This document shows positions 13,507-14,711 of a DNA stretch of 14,711 bases, one piece after another. The notes beneath the pieces are model-generated. The model had not been told where the DNA came from, ran no database searches, and worked only from the letters and a program-made list of their open reading frames with translations. Numbering within the stretch: the stretch's first letter is position 1; every line of letters begins with the position of its first letter. Both the position numbers and the translations under genes were made by a program. The stretch spans positions 1 to 14,711 of IMG/VR virus record IMGVR_UViG_2778261349_000009; one strand, written 5' to 3'. This DNA is from a virus. Its lineage: Duplodnaviria; Heunggongvirae; Uroviricota; Caudoviricetes.

Positions 13507-13887
13507 ATGCGTGATATTCAGATGGTTCTTGAACGCTGGGGGGCATGGGCGGCAAGTGGTAACACCGGGGTGGACTATTCTCCGATCGCTGCCGGATTCA
13601 AAGGCCTTTTACCATCTACCACTAAACCACGTCCAGCCTGCTGCGATGATGACGGACTTATCATTGAAAACTGTCTTGCACGTCTGAAGCAGAAAAAACC
13701 TGAGGAGTATTCGCTTCTCATTGCTCATTATTTGTTGCGAATATCAAAAAGACAGATAGCCAGGACGAGAAAGAAAAGCGAAAAAGCAATACGAATTGAG
13801 ATGCAGATAGCCGAAGGGTTTATTGACGGATGTTTGTCTGTGCTGGGGGTAAGACTGGAGATGGACGACTGGCTGCTAAAAAAGTAA
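13507..13887 (+). CDS. Late-gene antitermination protein Q (phage 82/QuuD-like type)
   Basis: Track ORF 13492..13887 trimmed to the ATG at 13507 (SD GGAGA upstream). N-terminus MRDIQMVLERWGAWAA…AGFKGL…CCDDD resembles Q antiterminators of the phage 82/DLP12 type, recalled from memory rather than searched. Followed by an intrinsic terminator at the expected tR' position. Confidence 0.7.
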   Translation: MRDIQMVLERWGAWAASGNTGVDYSPIAAGFKGLLPSTTKPRPACCDDDGLIIENCLARLKQKKPEEYSLLIAHYLLRISKRQIARTRKKSEKAIRIEMQIAEGFIDGCLSVLGVRLEMDDWLLKK

Positions 13888-13955
13888 AAAATGATTAGTG
13901 CGGTCCGCAAAAAGTATGTCAGTATGTTAAGAGTGGTTACTTTGCCACACAGCTT

Positions 13956-13982
13956 AAACCCGCCGCGAGCGGGTTTTTTTAT
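13956..13982 (+). terminator. Rho-independent terminator (candidate tR' downstream of the late promoter)
   Basis: aaacccgc-cgcga-gcgggttt stem-loop followed by a long T-run (…gcgggttttttt at 13969..13980), about 70 nt downstream of the Q stop. Confidence 0.65.
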
Positions 13983-14102
13983 GGCTGAAATCGGTCCTGT
14001 ACAGTAAACGCGCTGGTGGCGGTGAATACCGGTCTTTCAGCTTGCTGGCTTTTTTGACAAGAGTTATTGGTGTGTCACGTTAACCGGAAAAGGGAAAAAG
14101 AC

Positions 14103-14300
14103 ATGCTGAAACAGCAGGATATGACCGAAACCGCCAGAGTGGTGTTTAATGAATTAAGTGCCACCGCACCGGCGACAGTCGGGGAGATTGCACAGAATAC
14201 TTACCTTTCACGCGAACGCTGTCAGTTAATACTGACCCAGCTTGTTATGGCGGGTCTGGCAGACTATCAGTTCGGTTGTTACAGACGCCTTCAGTCCTGA
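14103..14300 (+). CDS. Small winged-helix protein, possibly FaeA/PapI-like regulator (65 aa)
   Basis: Track ORF 14067..14300 trimmed to the ATG at 14103 (purine-rich AAGGGAAAAAG upstream). Segment …TVGEIAQNTYLSRERCQLILTQLVMAGL… has a winged-helix character similar to PapI/FaeA-type small regulators. Assignment is tentative. Confidence 0.4.
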   Translation: MLKQQDMTETARVVFNELSATAPATVGEIAQNTYLSRERCQLILTQLVMAGLADYQFGCYRRLQS

Positions 14301-14313
14301 AGGCTTTTTTATT
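14287..14313 (+). terminator. Rho-independent terminator overlapping the stop of the small winged-helix gene
   Basis: Stem gccttca / tgaaggc with loop gtcc, followed by TTTTTT (14305..14310). Confidence 0.6.
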
Positions 14314-14399
14314 TGTGGTAAATGGGCGGCTGGTGGGTGTTAGGGGCACTCACCAGCCATCTGCTCATGCGTTGGGGTCACAAGCAAACCTCAGGCCCA

Positions 14400-14418
14400 C
14401 TGCTTTGCGCAAAAGCAG
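14400..14418. promoter_or_regulatory. Palindrome upstream of the methyltransferase start (candidate operator)
   Basis: ctgcttt-gcgca-aaagcag: 7-bp arms with a 5-nt centre, ending 32 nt upstream of the ATG at 14451. No T-run, so not a terminator. Confidence 0.3.
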
Positions 14419-14450
14419 AATGAGCCTATCAGAGACAGGCTTAATGATCC

Positions 14451-14711
14451 ATGCTTAATACTGTAAAAATATCCAGTTGTGAGTTAATCAACGCTGATTG
14501 CCTGGAATTTATCCAGACCTTACCGGAAAACTCTGTCGATCTGATAGTCACAGACCCGCCATACTTTAAAGTGAAGCCCGAGGGCTGGGATAACCAGTGG
14601 AAGGGCGACGATGATTACCTGAAGTGGCTGGACCAGTGTCTGGCGCAGTTCTGGCGGGTGCTGAAACCTGCCGGAAGTCTTTACCTGTTCTGTGGCCATC
14701 GCCTGGCATCT
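14451..14711 (+). CDS. DNA methyltransferase, beta-class N6-adenine/N4-cytosine type (5' partial, continues beyond window)
   Basis: Hand-translated open frame to the window end: MLNTVKISSCELINADCLEFIQTLPENSVDLIVTDPPYFKVKPEGWDNQW…LKPAGSLYLFCGHRLAS. Motif IV (TDPPY) near the N-terminus is typical of beta-class amino-methyltransferases. Absent from the ORF track because there is no stop in the window. Confidence 0.8.
   Translation, partial: MLNTVKISSCELINADCLEFIQTLPENSVDLIVTDPPYFKVKPEGWDNQWKGDDDYLKWLDQCLAQFWRVLKPAGSLYLFCGHRLAS

Larger units (their letters stand above)
1..14711. mobile_element. Partial lambdoid prophage: left end (int/xis), accessory cargo, immunity region, replication module, nin-like region, Q and start of late region
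   Basis: Gene order and orientation read from the ORF translations: int and xis on the minus strand at the left edge, divergent cI-like/cro-like pair, initiator-DnaC-like-DnaB-like, DUF968-like, Q-like antiterminator, intrinsic terminator. No att site or host flank could be identified in this window. Confidence 0.85.

Noticed and set aside
13728-13910. 60-aa minus-strand ORF
   Set aside because: Antisense to the 3' end of the Q gene.
14276-14458. 60-aa plus-strand ORF
   Set aside because: Spans the terminator after the winged-helix gene and the methyltransferase promoter region, and overlaps the methyltransferase ATG in another frame. No SD.
1-14711. CRISPR array, rRNA, tRNA or insertion sequence
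   Set aside because: No direct-repeat/spacer array, transposase ORF or terminal inverted repeats were seen. The only tandem repeats are the short 12-bp units inside the initiator gene.

Overview
This window is the left arm and early region of a lambdoid prophage, apparently from an enterobacterial host. All calls rest on reading the supplied ORF translations and the raw sequence by eye; no database search was possible. Leftward (minus-strand) genes end in xis and a tyrosine integrase at the left edge (75..1361). A CI-like LexA/S24-type repressor (5454..6143, -) sits divergent from a Cro/YdaS-like regulator (6276..6533, +), with a repeat-rich operator region between them. The rightward arm carries Rha-type regulator-like genes, a replication module (initiator with internal iteron-like repeats, DnaC-like loader, DnaB-like helicase), a DUF968-like protein and a Q-type antiterminator (13507..13887) followed by an intrinsic terminator. 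After that come a small winged-helix protein and the 5' part of a beta-class DNA methyltransferase that runs off the window end. The most interesting part is the roughly 3.6 kb between xis and cI, where lambda would carry N, cIII, kil and the red genes. Here it holds uncharacterised cargo in three compact modules: (a) a tandem XRE-HTH protein followed by a 66-aa protein that is a free-standing copy of its N-terminal domain, driven by a near-consensus sigma70 promoter abutting the cI stop; (b) a translationally coupled 60-aa/190-aa pair preceded by a 37-aa ORF with a perfect Shine-Dalgarno; (c) a membrane module of an SPFH/band-7 lipoprotein with two tiny transmembrane proteins. These are the best candidates for an undescribed phage-encoded system (defence, superinfection exclusion or host takeover), but function cannot be assigned from sequence alone.
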